64,000 nucleotides of DNA, taken from the NCBI GenBank assembly GCA_951406725.2, contig OX597820.1, positions 19,282,001 to 19,346,000 of the forward strand, given 5' to 3'. The notes beneath the pieces were generated by a model, which made no database searches, was not told where the DNA came from, and saw nothing but the letters and a program-made list of their open reading frames with translations. The translations under genes were made by a program, and so were the position numbers. Numbering within the stretch: the stretch's first letter is position 1; each line of letters starts with the position of its first letter. Shown here one piece after another: positions 50,654 to 62,870 of the stretch. The DNA is from Octopus vulgaris. Lineage: Eukaryota.

Positions 50654-51038
50654 GTGGAGGTGCAATGGCCCAGTGGTTAGGGTAGCGGACTCGCGGTCAT
50701 AGGATCGCGGTTTCGATTCCCAGACCGGGCGTTGTGAGTGTTTATTGAGTGAAAACACCTAAAGCTCCATGAGGCTCCGGCAGGGGATGGTGGTGATCCC
50801 TGCTGTACTCTTTCACCACAAACTTTCTCTCACTCTTACTTCCTGTTTCTGTTGTACCTGTATTTCAAGGGCCGGCCTTGTCACTCTCTGTGTCACGCTG
50901 AATATCCCCGAGAACTACGTTAAGGGTACACGTGTCTGTGGAGTGCTCAGCCACTCACACGTTAATTTCACAAGCAGGCTGTTCCGTTGATTTGGATCAA
51001 CCAGAACCCTCGTCGTTGTAACCGACGGAGTGCTTCCC
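50654..51038 (+). mobile_element. SINE family D, full length, tail type 2
   Basis: Same head as 18214; 10-bp TSD ATACGAGACT (50644-50653, 51039-51048). Confidence 0.9.
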
Positions 51039-51250
51039 ATACGAGACTAGAAAAACAGCCAACAACTGATGAAGGGTCATTCTTGTTTTCCATTTCTATA
51101 TTTTGTTGTTCGAAAAAATAGTTCATGTTCCACGTACTCGTGCTTTGTATTTTTTTGTTGTACACGTTTCATGACGTCCTGTGCCCATATATGCTTCTAT
51201 ATATATATATAGATGTAGGTATGTACATATACGTATGCATATATGTATAT
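51039..51250 (+). mobile_element. Probable Penelope-like 3' remnant (host of the SINE D insertion)
   Basis: CTGATGAAG motif and GTCCTGT.C.CATATATGC...AGATGTAGGTATGTACATAT shared with 61000-61230(-). Confidence 0.5.
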
Positions 51251-51257
51251 ATATATG

Positions 51258-51558
51258 CACATAAAAAACACCATCCGAGCGTGGCCGTCTGCCAGCCTCG
51301 TCTGGCATCTGTGTCGGTGGCACATAAAAACACCATCCGAGCGTGGCCGTCTGCCAGCCTCGTCTGGCACCTGTGTCGGTGGCACATAAAATCACCCACT
51401 ACACTCTCGGAGTGGTTGGCGTTAGGAAGGGCATCCAGCTGTAGAAACACTGCCAGATCTGACTGGCCTGGTGCAGCCTTTGGGCTTGCCAGACCCCAGT
51501 TGAACCATCCAACCCATGCTAGCATGGAAAGCGGACGTTAAACTTTGATGATGATGAT
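51258..51558 (+). mobile_element. Family C element with a 63-bp internal tandem repeat
   Basis: GCACATAAAAACACCATCCGAGCGTGGCCGTCTGCCAGCCTCGTCTGGCA occurs twice, then the C tail and (GAT)n. Confidence 0.9.
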
Positions 51559-51568
51559 ATATTATTTA

Positions 51569-51604
<36 letters not shown>

Positions 51605-51759
51605 TACGCAGCAAGCTTTCTTTCAATTTCTGTCCGCCAAATCCACTCACACGGCTTTTGTTGGCCTGAGGCTATAGAAGATATTTGCCCAAGGTGCTTC
51701 ACAATGGGATTGAACCTGGAACCATGTGGTTGGGAAGCAAACTTCTTACCACACAGCTG

Positions 51760-51795
<36 letters not shown>

Positions 51796-52145
51796 CATAT
51801 ACACACACGTGTATATATAATTTTTAGCAATATCGTTAAGACTTCTCTCTTATTCTGATGCATTTTAAGCAGCTGTGTGTAAGTTATTCTACAGAGACAC
51901 CCAGTTCTCATTTTTAGAGCACTCACCTCTAGTGCTAATTAGGTCTCAGTTTCATCCTTAAAATACTCTCAGGTATGTTCACATAAACTCTCTTTCTCTC
52001 ACCTCTCTTTCTCTCACCTCTCTCCCCTCTCTCAGCTACATATTTTTAAAAAATTCATTTTCTGTATCCTATCCAAAAGTTTCAATTGTCATTCGCTAAT
52101 TGCACTCTTTCTATAAATATACATGTACACACACACACACACGGG

Positions 52146-52386
52146 GGAGGGGTGTGCTAAAAAGTTCTTGGCTTTAAGGGTACCGCAAGGGGCCTGGTTA
52201 GAGGCTCAACCTTCCAAGTTCTTTTTCAGGGCTTAGAAAAACTGAAGGACCATTGCAATGAGTGTGTGAATCTGAGAGGGGAATATGTTGAATAAAATCA
52301 AGTGTGTGTGTGTATACATACATATAATTAACTGATCCACCTGTATTTTCTTTTACCCAAAGCTAGAAACTTTTCAGTAACTCCTT
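52146..52386 (+). mobile_element. Mariner-derived MITE
   Basis: Imperfect TIRs GTGCTAAAAAGTTCTTGGCTTT / AAAGCTAGAAACTTTTCAGTAAC; encodes the mariner-like extreme C-terminus GLEKLKDHCNECVNLRGEYVE*. Confidence 0.7.
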
Positions 52387-52415
52387 ATGTATATATGTGT
52401 ATGCGTATGTATATG

Positions 52416-52460
<45 letters not shown>

Positions 52461-52465
<5 letters not shown>

Positions 52466-52673
52466 GGCACATGGCTCAGTGGTTAGAGTGTCGAACTTAC
52501 GATCGCAAGGTTGTGAGTTCGAATACCGGACCGAGCTGCGTGTTGTGTTCTTGAGCAAGACATTTTATTTCACGTTGCTCCAGTTCACTCAGCCAAACTG
52601 CTAAGTTACAGTGACATAAACACACCAGCATTGGTTATCAAGCGATGTTGGGGGGACAAACACAGACACACAA

Positions 52674-52718
<45 letters not shown>

Positions 52719-52871
52719 CGACGAGCTTCTTTCAGTTTCCGTCTACTAAATCCACTCACAAGGCTTTGGTCGGCCTGAGGCTATAGTAGAAGACACTTGC
52801 CCAAGGTACCACACAGTGGGACTGAACCCGCAACCATGTGGTTCATAAGCAAGCTACTTACCACACAGCCA
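52461..52871. mobile_element. SINE E head (+) joined to SINE A (-)
   Basis: E head and core at 52461-52592; A body and head at 52593-52871 on the minus strand. Confidence 0.85.
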
Positions 52872-53591
52872 ATATATGTATATATATATATAATTATATG
52901 TAAGGATCCAGTAAACTGTGAGCAGTCCATAGAAGGTACCATACTACTTTCAGGAACCTTAGTGGTTTATTGATGTAGAAGGTTGTAAATTTTTTCCCAT
53001 ATTGAAGTTGAAAAAAGTTATTTTATAAGTTCGCGGTTAGCAACTGGTGTTGCTGTGTATGCAGATAAAAGTCCAAATTTAGGGAATGGAGTAGGTCAAA
53101 TCCAGGCTAGATATGTTTCCTAGCTAGCAGAACCTCGGAAATAGTAATTAATTGACATGGAGTACTACACACACACACACACACACACATATTGCTGTGA
53201 TTCAGTCGTTGGCTAAAAGAAGAATCTGTAGCAGATTTTCCTGCTTTATTTTCAAAGCAATGAAGCACAAGAATTAACTCCAAGAAGCGATATAAGGAGT
53301 TGAAATGAAAAAAAAAAAAGACTTTCCATTATATTTCCAAGACATTTTCTAATGTTAACTTCAGTTATTAGAGCTCTTTCTGTAAAATCTTTTACAAACA
53401 AAAGAAGCCATAACAGATTTCTCATTCATTCGCTCTGTATCCGTTTTTCCTTGCTGGCATGATTGTATACAATCAGTAAATTCTGTAGCAGCTTTTTTTT
53501 CTTCTTTTCTTTCAACTGATGACTTGCTATAAACATGAACTTGTGTCTGAATAAAATATATTTAATATATGTATATATTCACCATAATAAT

Positions 53592-53640
<49 letters not shown>

Positions 53641-53827
53641 TATTTTGTAGCATTCATATTTTATTATATCATATGGAATATAATATAGCATGGATTCAAT
53701 TTGTTTCTCATCTCTATCCTTACAGGTTTTGTATGAGAACATGCTTTTTCAATGATTATTATAGCTGTCTGTCAGTCTATCTGTCTAGTAGTTAACATAT
53801 ATATATACATATACACACACACATATA

Positions 53828-54212
53828 TTCTTTTATTCTTTTACACATTTCAGTCATCTGACTGCAGAGATGCTGGAACACTGCCTTAAGTCTAACAAAT
53901 CGACCCCCAGGGCTTATTCTTTGTAAGCCTAGTACTTATTCTATCAGTGCCTTTTGCCAAACCGCTAAGTTTCGGGGACATAAACACAGCAGCATCAATT
54001 GTCAAGTAATGGTAGGGGGACACAAACACACACACACACACATATTTGTATACACACGATGGGCTTCTTTCAGTTTCCATCTACGAAATCCACTCACAGG
54101 GCTTTGGTCAGCCTGAAGCTATAGTAGAGGACACTTGACCAAGGTGCCTTGCAGTGAGACTGAACCAAGAACCATGTGGTTGGGAAGCAAGCTTCTTACC
54201 ACATAGCTATGT
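53828..54212 (-). mobile_element. SINE A, full length
   Basis: Head, core and tail on the minus strand. Confidence 0.85.
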
Positions 54213-54406
54213 CTGGTTGTTTATTCTGCCACCATTACAACAGTCTATTGACAATTAACGTGTCCAAATTCCTGGATATCAAGGAATTTTTGCCTGTAAC
54301 CCCAGTACAGAAGCACCTACAGGCACTAATTATGTACCATATTTGATGGCTTATAAGACATAGTTTTCCAAAAGAAACCTCAAGAAAGCATCCTGGGTCC
54401 TATCTG

Positions 54407-54951
54407 CAATGGCATAGCTAGTAGGGGAGCAAAGAGAGTGACCACTACCCTGGGCACATTTTTCAAAACAGGCGCCTTTACTCCAATTTTTTTTGTTTTG
54501 TAACTCTTTAGTTCATTTGTGCGATAGAAGTCTAATCACTTTTTCTTTGTTAATTGCATGACCTAGGAAGAACTTTCTGGGAGTCAACCTGCTGTGTTTA
54601 TGAACTGTCTGCTATTTCTGCTATGATGTGTCGGTGACAGCTGACATCTGAAGAAAATAAACCCTGACATCATAACCTCTTGATATTGGACCTCTCAACA
54701 TTGGCCAACCCCATGGAGTTCCATCCTTTTTCCTGTCACACCTATATCAATGGTTTTAAAATTAATACATAATGACATCATTACTGAAACATGAACTTAA
54801 TGAATGTAGATTACAATTATTATGTATATTATAACTAATGAAATATTTCGCGTAATATAAGAGAAATGAATTTAAAATTCTTTGGTATGTGTCACAGGAG
54901 TTCGTTTTATGCGATCGCTCCTCCTAACTGTAGATCCTGGTTATACCACTG
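54407..54951. mobile_element. Old hAT-like non-autonomous element
   Basis: Ends CAATGGCATAGCTAG / CTGGTTATACCACTG; candidate 8-bp TSD CCTATCTG vs CCTGTATG (6/8 match). Confidence 0.55.
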
Positions 54952-55052
54952 CCTGTATGTGAAGTTGGGCCTATGTCACATGCTTTAATATACTAAGATC
55001 TTCTTTTCCTGAATATGCGCTGTTGTAATTGGGGTGCATCTACTAATAACGA

Positions 55053-55360
55053 TAAACATCGCCCTTTTCAAGCCTAGCCAGGTTCATGGGCCCAGTTTCC
55101 CGGTTTCTGTGGTGTATGTATTTCCCTCAGCTGGATGGGACGCCAGTCCATTGCAGCGTTACTTAAGGAACAGAAAGAGAGAGTGAGAGAAAGTTGTGGC
55201 GAAAGAATAAAACAGGGGCCGTCACCACGCCCTGCCAGAACCTCGTGGAGCTTTTAGGTGTTTTCACTCAATAAACACACACAACGCCCGGTCTGGGAAT
55301 CGAAACTGTGATCCACCGACCACAAGTCCACTGCCCTAACCACTCGGCCATTGCGCCTCC
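55053..55360 (-). mobile_element. SINE family D, tail type 3
   Basis: Same head; 3' part GCAATGGACTGGCGTCCCATCCAG...CAGAAACCGGGAAACTGGGCCCATGA. Confidence 0.85.
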
Positions 55361-55419
55361 TATCAACCAATAAACAGAGCAGATGGCTGATGGCTTCTAG
55401 AGGAGAAGAGTAGAAATTA

Positions 55420-55593
55420 CAGCCATCTACTCGTGATACCAGAGGGCGCACACTCTCCTACCCTGATGTAATCTCCAGGGATACAGACATCCAGCAACAA
55501 GACTTCAATAATGCTATGATGGACCGTGAAGTCTGGCATAACATGGTAAATTCCATTGTCTCGACCATGGTTGAACAATGATGATGATGATGA
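55420..55593 (+). mobile_element. 5'-truncated RTE LINE 3' end
   Basis: Near-identical to 57823-57991; (TGA)n tail. Confidence 0.85.
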
Positions 55594-55625
55594 CTAATAA
55601 ACTCATGCATATTTTATGCCATTAA

Positions 55626-55849
55626 CCCATTAGCATTTAAATCAGCCAGATCTGGCCCAAAATATTCCACCTGTTTTACATGCAAACTGACTAGATCCAG
55701 CCTTTCACACCTATCCCACAATTTCATTTCAAAAATAAACATTCACATCACTGAAATCTCGGGGCTACACAAGATGATACAGGATTAATTCAGAACAATG
55801 TGAATAGACAAGTATTACATTTGACAAAGTAATCGGAATGCTTAAAGGG
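55626..55849. mobile_element. piggyBac-like TTAA MITE, monomer
   Basis: TTAA|CCCATTAGCATT...AATGCTTAAAGGG|TTAA. Confidence 0.85.
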
Positions 55850-56656
55850 TTAAATTTGATAAATCTCTAGAAAATAATAAATCATTTGTCCCTGTTGTTA
55901 GTGTGACTCATTGATGTTCGCACACAAACGTTTCCTATCACATGTATTGAAATAATCTTTATTTCGTTTGCATTTCTAAATGTATAAATTCTTATGCGCA
56001 CACACATGCATGTGTGTGTGTGTGTGCATGTGTACATATGCGTGTATGTGTGTATTTGTTTCCATATATATAATACTAGAACATGTACGTGTGTAAGATG
56101 ATTTACCCAAAGAAGAAAACAAAAATTCTATCACCCACTTCAAAGGAATCTTCTCCACTTGAGATCTACCGTTGTTGAGTCGAGTTGAGTTTAAGTTGGC
56201 AGTCAGAATTCATTCTATAATTTATTGGATTTTTATTTACTTTTCGTCTTCCATATTAATTACTTATTGATGATATATTGACTTACGACAAGATAGATAT
56301 GAGTCCCCCTGTCTCATTGTTTGCTTTCTCATTTCGTTTCATCACTGCACTTGAAACAATAAATCCACGTTACTCACTTGAAAAGTTGTTGAATCAATGT
56401 CAACCACTTACAGTAACACTTGTAAAACACCACTCTCTATACACGCATGCATGCATGTATGCACACATACACAAGGTTTTATAAGTTCTTTGTTCTTGAA
56501 GTTGCTTTTCTTCTTTTTTTCTTTTCTCTCTCCTTTTGGCTCTTTATTTTAATATCTTCTTTTTATTTCTTTAAACTCCACTAAGCTTATATAAACTCCT
56601 TTGGAGATATCTATCCGAACCTTCAGATGGAGATTGGGTAAAATTTAAAGGCTTAA

Positions 56657-57089
56657 CCCTTTAGTGTTTGCATTATTCTGCCAAAATTAATGCTTTTCCA
56701 CCCTCATTGTTTTGAACTAATCATGCATTAATCTTATAGCTACGAGATTTTGATGAGGTAGCTGTTAATTTTTAAAACGATGTTGCAGGGTTGGTGTGAG
56801 AGACCAGATCTTGCCAGTTTGAACATAAAACAGGCAGAATACTTTTGGCCGGATATGGCCAGTTTAAATGCTAAAAGGTTAAACCAGCCATATCCGACCA
56901 AAATATTCTACTTGTTTCATGTTCAAACTGGCTTGATCTGGCCTCTTACACCTACTCTACAATGTCAGTCTTAAAATAGATGATCGCATTATTGAAATCT
57001 CAAAAGGTACCAGATAATTTGTAATTAATTCAAAACAATGCAAATGAGTAAGCTTTACATTTGACAGAATAATCTGAATGCTAAAAGGG
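56657..57089. mobile_element. Inverted dimer of the piggyBac-like TTAA MITE
   Basis: Unit 56657-56878, TTAA, then an inverted unit starting ACCAGCCATATCC and ending AATGCTAAAAGGG at 57089. Confidence 0.85.
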
Positions 57090-57659
57090 TTAGGTCAAAT
57101 GCTAGAAAGAACTTTGTTACATTAGGGGGAAAATGAAAATGAAATAAGAAACCCTAACAGACTAGAACCCTAAAGCAAGCCTGAAGCCAAAACAGACCTG
57201 AGCCCTAAGCAGACCTGGAACAAAGAAAGCATATCATTGATGAGTGAGATCATGAACGGTGACGAAAGGACTATGACAAAAACGTGCTGTTTGATTGACC
57301 GACTGAATGATTAATCAAAAAGTCAATTAATTAGTTAAATGGTTGACAAGTTGACTAATAATTCTTTCTAATTTTAGTACAAAGCCAGCAGTTTTGTGGG
57401 GCTGAGGAAGTTGGATACATTAACCCTGGGGTTGATTTGCTCGACTAAAGGCGGTGCTCCAGCATGGCCGCAGTCAAATGGCTGAAACAAGTAAAAGAGT
57501 AGTATAAATTATTTTGCCCTGCATAAGGTAGCAAGCGATTTTATACTCAACTTACTTTGGAGCAGGTGATTAAATTAATTAAAAAAAAGAGGAAAAGAAA
57601 AACAAGCAGTCTGATTGGTTCCTGACAAATCAAATTTTCTGATCAGGTTTTCTTATACA

Positions 57660-57991
57660 TCCTGTTTAACTCAAAATCTTTCGTGGAAGCGTCATCCAAC
57701 CAAAGTACAAATATATGGGAAACTACCACCTGTATCATCTCTTGTGAAAGGTAGAAGAGTCCAGTTTGCTGGACATTGTTGTAGAGCTGAAAACAAGGTA
57801 ATTTCTATTCTTCTCCTCTGGAAGCCATCTGCTCGTGATACCAGAGGGCACACACACTCCTACCCTGATGTAATCTCCAGGGATACAGGCATCCAGCAAC
57901 AGGACCATTGTAATGCTATGATGGACTGTGAGGTCTGGCATAACATAGTAAATTCCATTGTCTCGACCACAGTCGAACAATGATGATGATG
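57660..57991 (+). pseudogene. RTE-clade LINE ORF C-terminus and 3' end, 5' truncated
   Basis: QNLSWKRHPTKVQIYGKLPPVSSLVKGRRVQFAGHCCRAENKVISILLLWKP...YPDVISRDTG...AMMDCEVW, stop codon running into (TGA)n. Confidence 0.9.
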
Positions 57992-58034
57992 TTTAGCTCT
58001 TTTCTCTTTGCAGTCTACACGTATTTTATATATA

Positions 58035-58601
58035 CAGTAATGTTTCGATATACTAGTTAAACTGTTCCCAGAGACAGCTCATGAGGCAAAAACTCGTAAA
58101 GCAGAGCAATTATTTCCCATAGCAATAGCAATGATATAAATCATAATTCATTCCCAGGAAAATATTTTACCCATAAAATGTATAATACTTGTAAATAAGT
58201 GGCGATAAAACAACAGTAGAACGTAAAGAATATTTTATGCAAAGTAAAAAGAATGTCAAAATTATTTATATTAAAAACAAAAAATATTATTATTATTGTA
58301 ATTATTTTGAATCACTTTCACTTGCGGACACGCTCACTTGTAGACGTGATCACCAATTCACAAGTACTCGCAGATAGATTTACTAAAGAGTAAATCCATT
58401 TACTCTCTTTACTCTTTTACTTGTTTCAATCATTTGACTATGGCCATGCTGGAGTCGAGCAAATTGACCCCAGGACTTATTCTTTGTAAGCCTAGTACTT
58501 ATTCTATCAGTCTCTTTTGCCGAACCGCTAAGTTACGGGGACGTAAACACACCAGCATCGGTTGTCAAGCAATGCTGTGGGGGACAAACACAGATACACA
58601 A

Positions 58602-58642
<41 letters not shown>

Positions 58643-59010
58643 CACACACACACATACACATATATACGACGGGCTTCTTTCAGTTTCCGTCTACCAAATC
58701 CCCTCACAAGGCTTTGGTCAGCCTGAGGCCATAGTAGAAGACACTTTCCTAAGGTGCCACGCAGTGGGACTGAACTCGGAACCATGTGGTTGGGAAGCAA
58801 GCTGCTTACCACACATCCACTTAGATTTTTTAAAAACAAGTCTAGAGTTGTTTGCTTAAAAGAAACTTTTCTTTGTTCTCTATAAATTTCTCGGTAATAC
58901 ACAGAAGCATTTGTTATGGTAGTAGAAATTTTTGCACTTTGTTCAAAATTTGGATCTTGTGCTTGAAAAATAAACTCGTAAACCTGGAGTCTTGTAATGG
59001 GAGTCCTCAT
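58035..59010 (-). mobile_element. Tigger/pogo remnant interrupted by SINE A
   Basis: TA|CAGTAATG terminus at 58035; 58820-58995(-) encodes QDPNFEQSAKISTTITNASVYYREIYREQRKVSFKQTTLDLFLK, matching the Tigger C-terminal pattern DPN.ERS.KV...Y.EIY.EKKK...QT.LD.FFK. Confidence 0.6.
58400..58815 (-). mobile_element. SINE A, near full length
   Basis: Tail, body and most of the head on the minus strand. Confidence 0.9.
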
Positions 59011-59024
59011 AAAGTTAGGTCGCT

Positions 59025-59307
59025 GAGACCCCCTTTGGTCATGACTGACCATGGGATTGCACCTAGAAAGTTACCCTGCTAGGCACAAGTCCGGGCAAGG
59101 TTGTTTATGGAAGACCAGCAGTCGCCCATGCATACCAGCCTCCCCTCTCCACGCCACCAGCGTTATCCAAGGGAAAGGCAAAGGGGCCGATACAGCCTGG
59201 TACCTGTGACGCCAGCTGAGTGAACTGGAGCAATGTGAAATAAAGTGTCTTGCTCAAGGACACAACACATAGCCCGGTCTGGGATTCGAACTTACAATCT
59301 CACGATC
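59025..59307 (-). mobile_element. SINE E, 5' truncated
   Basis: Matches 3900-4190. Confidence 0.85.
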
Positions 59308-59357
59308 TGGCATGCTGATAATGGTGCCACCTTGCCACCTCACTAATAATAATAATA

Positions 59358-60073
59358 ATCTTTTCTACTCTAGGCACAAGGCCCGAAATATTGGGGGAGG
59401 GGGCCAGTCAATTAGATCAACCCCAGTATGCCATTGGTACTTAATTTATTGACACCGAAAGGATGAAAAGCAAAGTCGACCTCGGTGGAATTTGAGCTCA
59501 TAACGTAAAGACAGATGAAATACTGCTATGCATTTTGCCCGGCATGCTAAAGTTTCTGCCAGCTTGCCACCTTAAGAATAATAATGATGATGATGATGAT
59601 AATAATAATAATCCTTTCTACTATAGGCACATGGCCTGAAATTTAGTGGGAGGGGACTTGTCGATTACATTGACCCCAGTGTTTCACTGGTACTTGATTT
59701 ATTGACCCCGAAAGAATAAAAGGTAAAAATTGACCTTGGCGGAATTTGAACTCTGAACATAGTGACGGGTGAAATACTGCTAAGCATTTCACCTAGCATG
59801 CTAACGGTTCTGCCAGCTTGCCACCTTGATGATGATAATAATAATAATAATAATAATCCTTTCTACTATAACCACATGACCTGAAATTTGGGGGAGGGGG
59901 AAGTAGTCGATAACATCGACCCCACTACACAACTGGTACTTATTTTATCAACATTGAAAGGATGAAAAGCTAAGTCAACCTCTGCAGAATTTGAACTCAT
60001 AACGTTACGGACAAACAAAATGCTACTTAGCATTTCGCCCAGCGTGCTGTCAATTCTACCAGCTTGCCACCTT
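59358..60073 (-). mobile_element. Three head-to-tail SINE B copies (tail type 2) separated by (AAT)n
   Basis: Units at 59358-59573, 59612-59827 and 59858-60073, each starting (C/T)TTTCTACT after an AAT run. Confidence 0.9.
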
Positions 60074-60119
60074 AATAATAATAATGATAATGATAATGAT
60101 AGCGATAACAATAATTTTG

Positions 60120-60167
<48 letters not shown>

Positions 60168-60457
60168 TGTTGATTTATTTTATTTTCTGGTCCATTTTAA
60201 AACACCTATGTTTTATTGACTCAACGAGATAAAAGATGCAACTGTATGAAAGCTCACTGCAGAATGCAACCTGTTTGTATCTCAGGTTTACCTGTGTGTT
60301 AATAACCATATAATAACCATATAATGATTGACATATGATCTGTTTCTGCACTTGAAAAGATATCCTCACATTCAAGTGAGCACTTAAAAGACAATCATAT
60401 TTGACCATAAGTGATAATCGTCGATTAGATAACGAGAACTATCATCTCTTAAAACAC

Positions 60458-60496
<39 letters not shown>

Positions 60497-60717
60497 GGGT
60501 GGTGGTGGTGGTGGTGACGTGAACACAAACAAACATAATAATAATAAACAGAAGCAACTTCCTGGAGTGTTTATAAGGTAATTTTAATATTGTACTATTG
60601 TACTACCTGTTAACACCAGGTAGCAATAATGAGCGATTCCTTTATCACAATAACCATTACCGTTGGGAATTCCACACACTTCTGTGATATATATATATAA
60701 ATATAAATATGTTCATA

Positions 60718-60795
<78 letters not shown>

Positions 60796-60999
60796 TGTCA
60801 GTGAACAGGTCGCGGATATTAGCGACGAAAATATTTTGACAAATTAAACTTAAATGTTGAAGTGAATCGAACGGCTTTTGTGTGTTTCTTAAATGGCTTA
60901 CAAACACCTTCCACGCTGCAATTGTATATATATATATATATACACATATATATATGTACATATATATATATATATATTAACAATTTAATAAATAAAACA

Positions 61000-61226
61000 T
61001 ATGCATACATACATATATGTACATACCTACATCTATATGTATATATACATGCATATATGAGTACAGGACACCACAAATAAATGTAGAACACAAAGAGAAA
61101 CAAAAACATAAAATCAAACAAGGAAACGGACTTTTTTTAACAACGAAAAAACAGAATACAAGACAAACAATACAAGGAACATTCCTCTTCATCAGCTGCC
61201 CCTGTTTCGACTCAATGCGTGTTTCG

Positions 61227-61230
<4 letters not shown>
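61000..61230 (-). mobile_element. Probable Penelope-like 3' remnant
   Basis: Minus strand CCTTCGAAACACGCATTGAGTCGAAACAGGGGCAGCTGATGAAGAGG; related to 51039-51250. Confidence 0.5.
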
Positions 61231-61261
<31 letters not shown>

Positions 61262-61327
61262 ATAGAAATGGTAAGACATCAAAAGAATAAAAGGGACATC
61301 GATATTATGTAAATAGAGGAATTTATT

Positions 61328-61575
61328 TGTAAATGTAATATGTGACAATTATTCGGTAGCCATGATAAAACTCTGAGTTTCGGATGTTGGGGTGGAAATC
61401 CACATCACCATCTCTTCAGTTATCCGGCCATTGGAAAAAAAATGCTATTTCATAGATTTTTCACAGCATTTTTTCTGATGGACGGATAACTGAAGTGGTG
61501 TGGATTTCCACCCCAACATCCGAAACTCAGAGTTTTATCATGGCTACTGAATAATTGTCACATATTACATTTACA
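61328..61575. repeat. Long fold-back (~105-bp arms) with a hammerhead-like core
   Basis: TGTAAATGTAATATGTGACAATTATTCGGTAGCCATGATAAAACTCTGAGTTTCGGATGTTGGGGTGGAAATCCACA is mirrored at 61498-61575. Confidence 0.95.
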
Positions 61576-61779
61576 GATATGTGTGTGTGTGTGTGTTCTC
61601 TTCTATTTTTCCGTATCTAAATCCTTCCCCGCTGAGGAAGGAGCTGGTTTGTAACAAAGATACAAAGCCCCATCGATGGAATGTAGATAGCAAAAATAGT
61701 GTTGCATTTTAAACTTGGAAAAAGTTTTGCATATTTTTTACTGTTCTGCTTACAGATTATATTTGTAAGGTTTGAGTTA

Positions 61780-62155
61780 GTTACTCTTTTACTCTTTTCA
61801 GTCATTTGACTGTGGCCATGCTGGAGCACTGCCTTTAGTCGAGCAAATTGACCCCAGGACTTATTCTTTGTAAGCCTAGTACTTATTCTATTGGTCTCTT
61901 TTGCCAAACCGCTAAGTTACAGGGACGTAAACACACTAGCATTGGTTGGCAAGCAATGCTGGGGGGGGGGGGCAAACACAGACACACTAACATATACATG
62001 CACATACACATACATATATACATATATACAATGGGCTTCTTTCAGTTTCCATCTACCAAATCCACTCACAGGGCTTTGGTGGCCCTGAGGCTATAGTAGA
62101 AAACACTTGCCCAAGGTGCCACGCAGTGGGACTGAACCCGGAATCATGTGGTTCC
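61780..62155 (-). mobile_element. SINE A, slightly 5' truncated
   Basis: Tail, body and B box on the minus strand. Confidence 0.85.
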
Positions 62156-62217
62156 TATATCTATTAGTTGATTTTTTTCTCTTTAGAAAATCCTGGCTTA
62201 TCCAGATTGCCACTCAG

Positions 62218-62261
<44 letters not shown>

Positions 62262-62634
62262 CTCTTTTTAATTTAGAGTAAATTCTGACCAATCACCTTC
62301 TTGGTGGCAAGGTTCTAAAGGAAAGCATTTTGTTTTGTTCATCATTCCTTAAATCTTAAGAAAGTCTTGCAGGTTTATATAGTCCCAAATATCATGGTCA
62401 ATTCTAGAGTATGAATTAAGGATCCGTATTCTCTCCTCCAAATCCCAATTTCAGCCATATTTTGTTCAAGATGCATTGGTATGTATCTTGGGTGCTGGAT
62501 TTGCAATTTCCTTGTCAGTGGTCTAGAAATGTCATCTTTCTCTTGTATTTTTCTAACCACATTGGTGTCCAGAGGGCAGCTGATTTCCTCAACAGAAAAT
62601 ATATTTTGTATGTATGTATATATCTCTCTCTTTC

Positions 62635-62836
62635 TCTCTTTTACTTGTTTCAGTCATTTGACTGCGGCCATGCTGGAGCACCGCATTTAGTCGAGCAAAT
62701 CGACCCCGGGACTTATTCTTTGTAAGCCCAGTACTTATTCTATCGGTCTCTTTTGCCGAACCGCTAAGTGACGGGAACGTAAACACGCCAGCATCAGTTG
62801 TCAAGCAATGCTAGGGGGACAAACACAGACACACAA

Positions 62837-62870
<34 letters not shown>

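Noticed and set aside
62340-62590. Possible LINE coding fragment on the minus strand
   Set aside because: I could not recover a diagnostic reverse-transcriptase or endonuclease motif.
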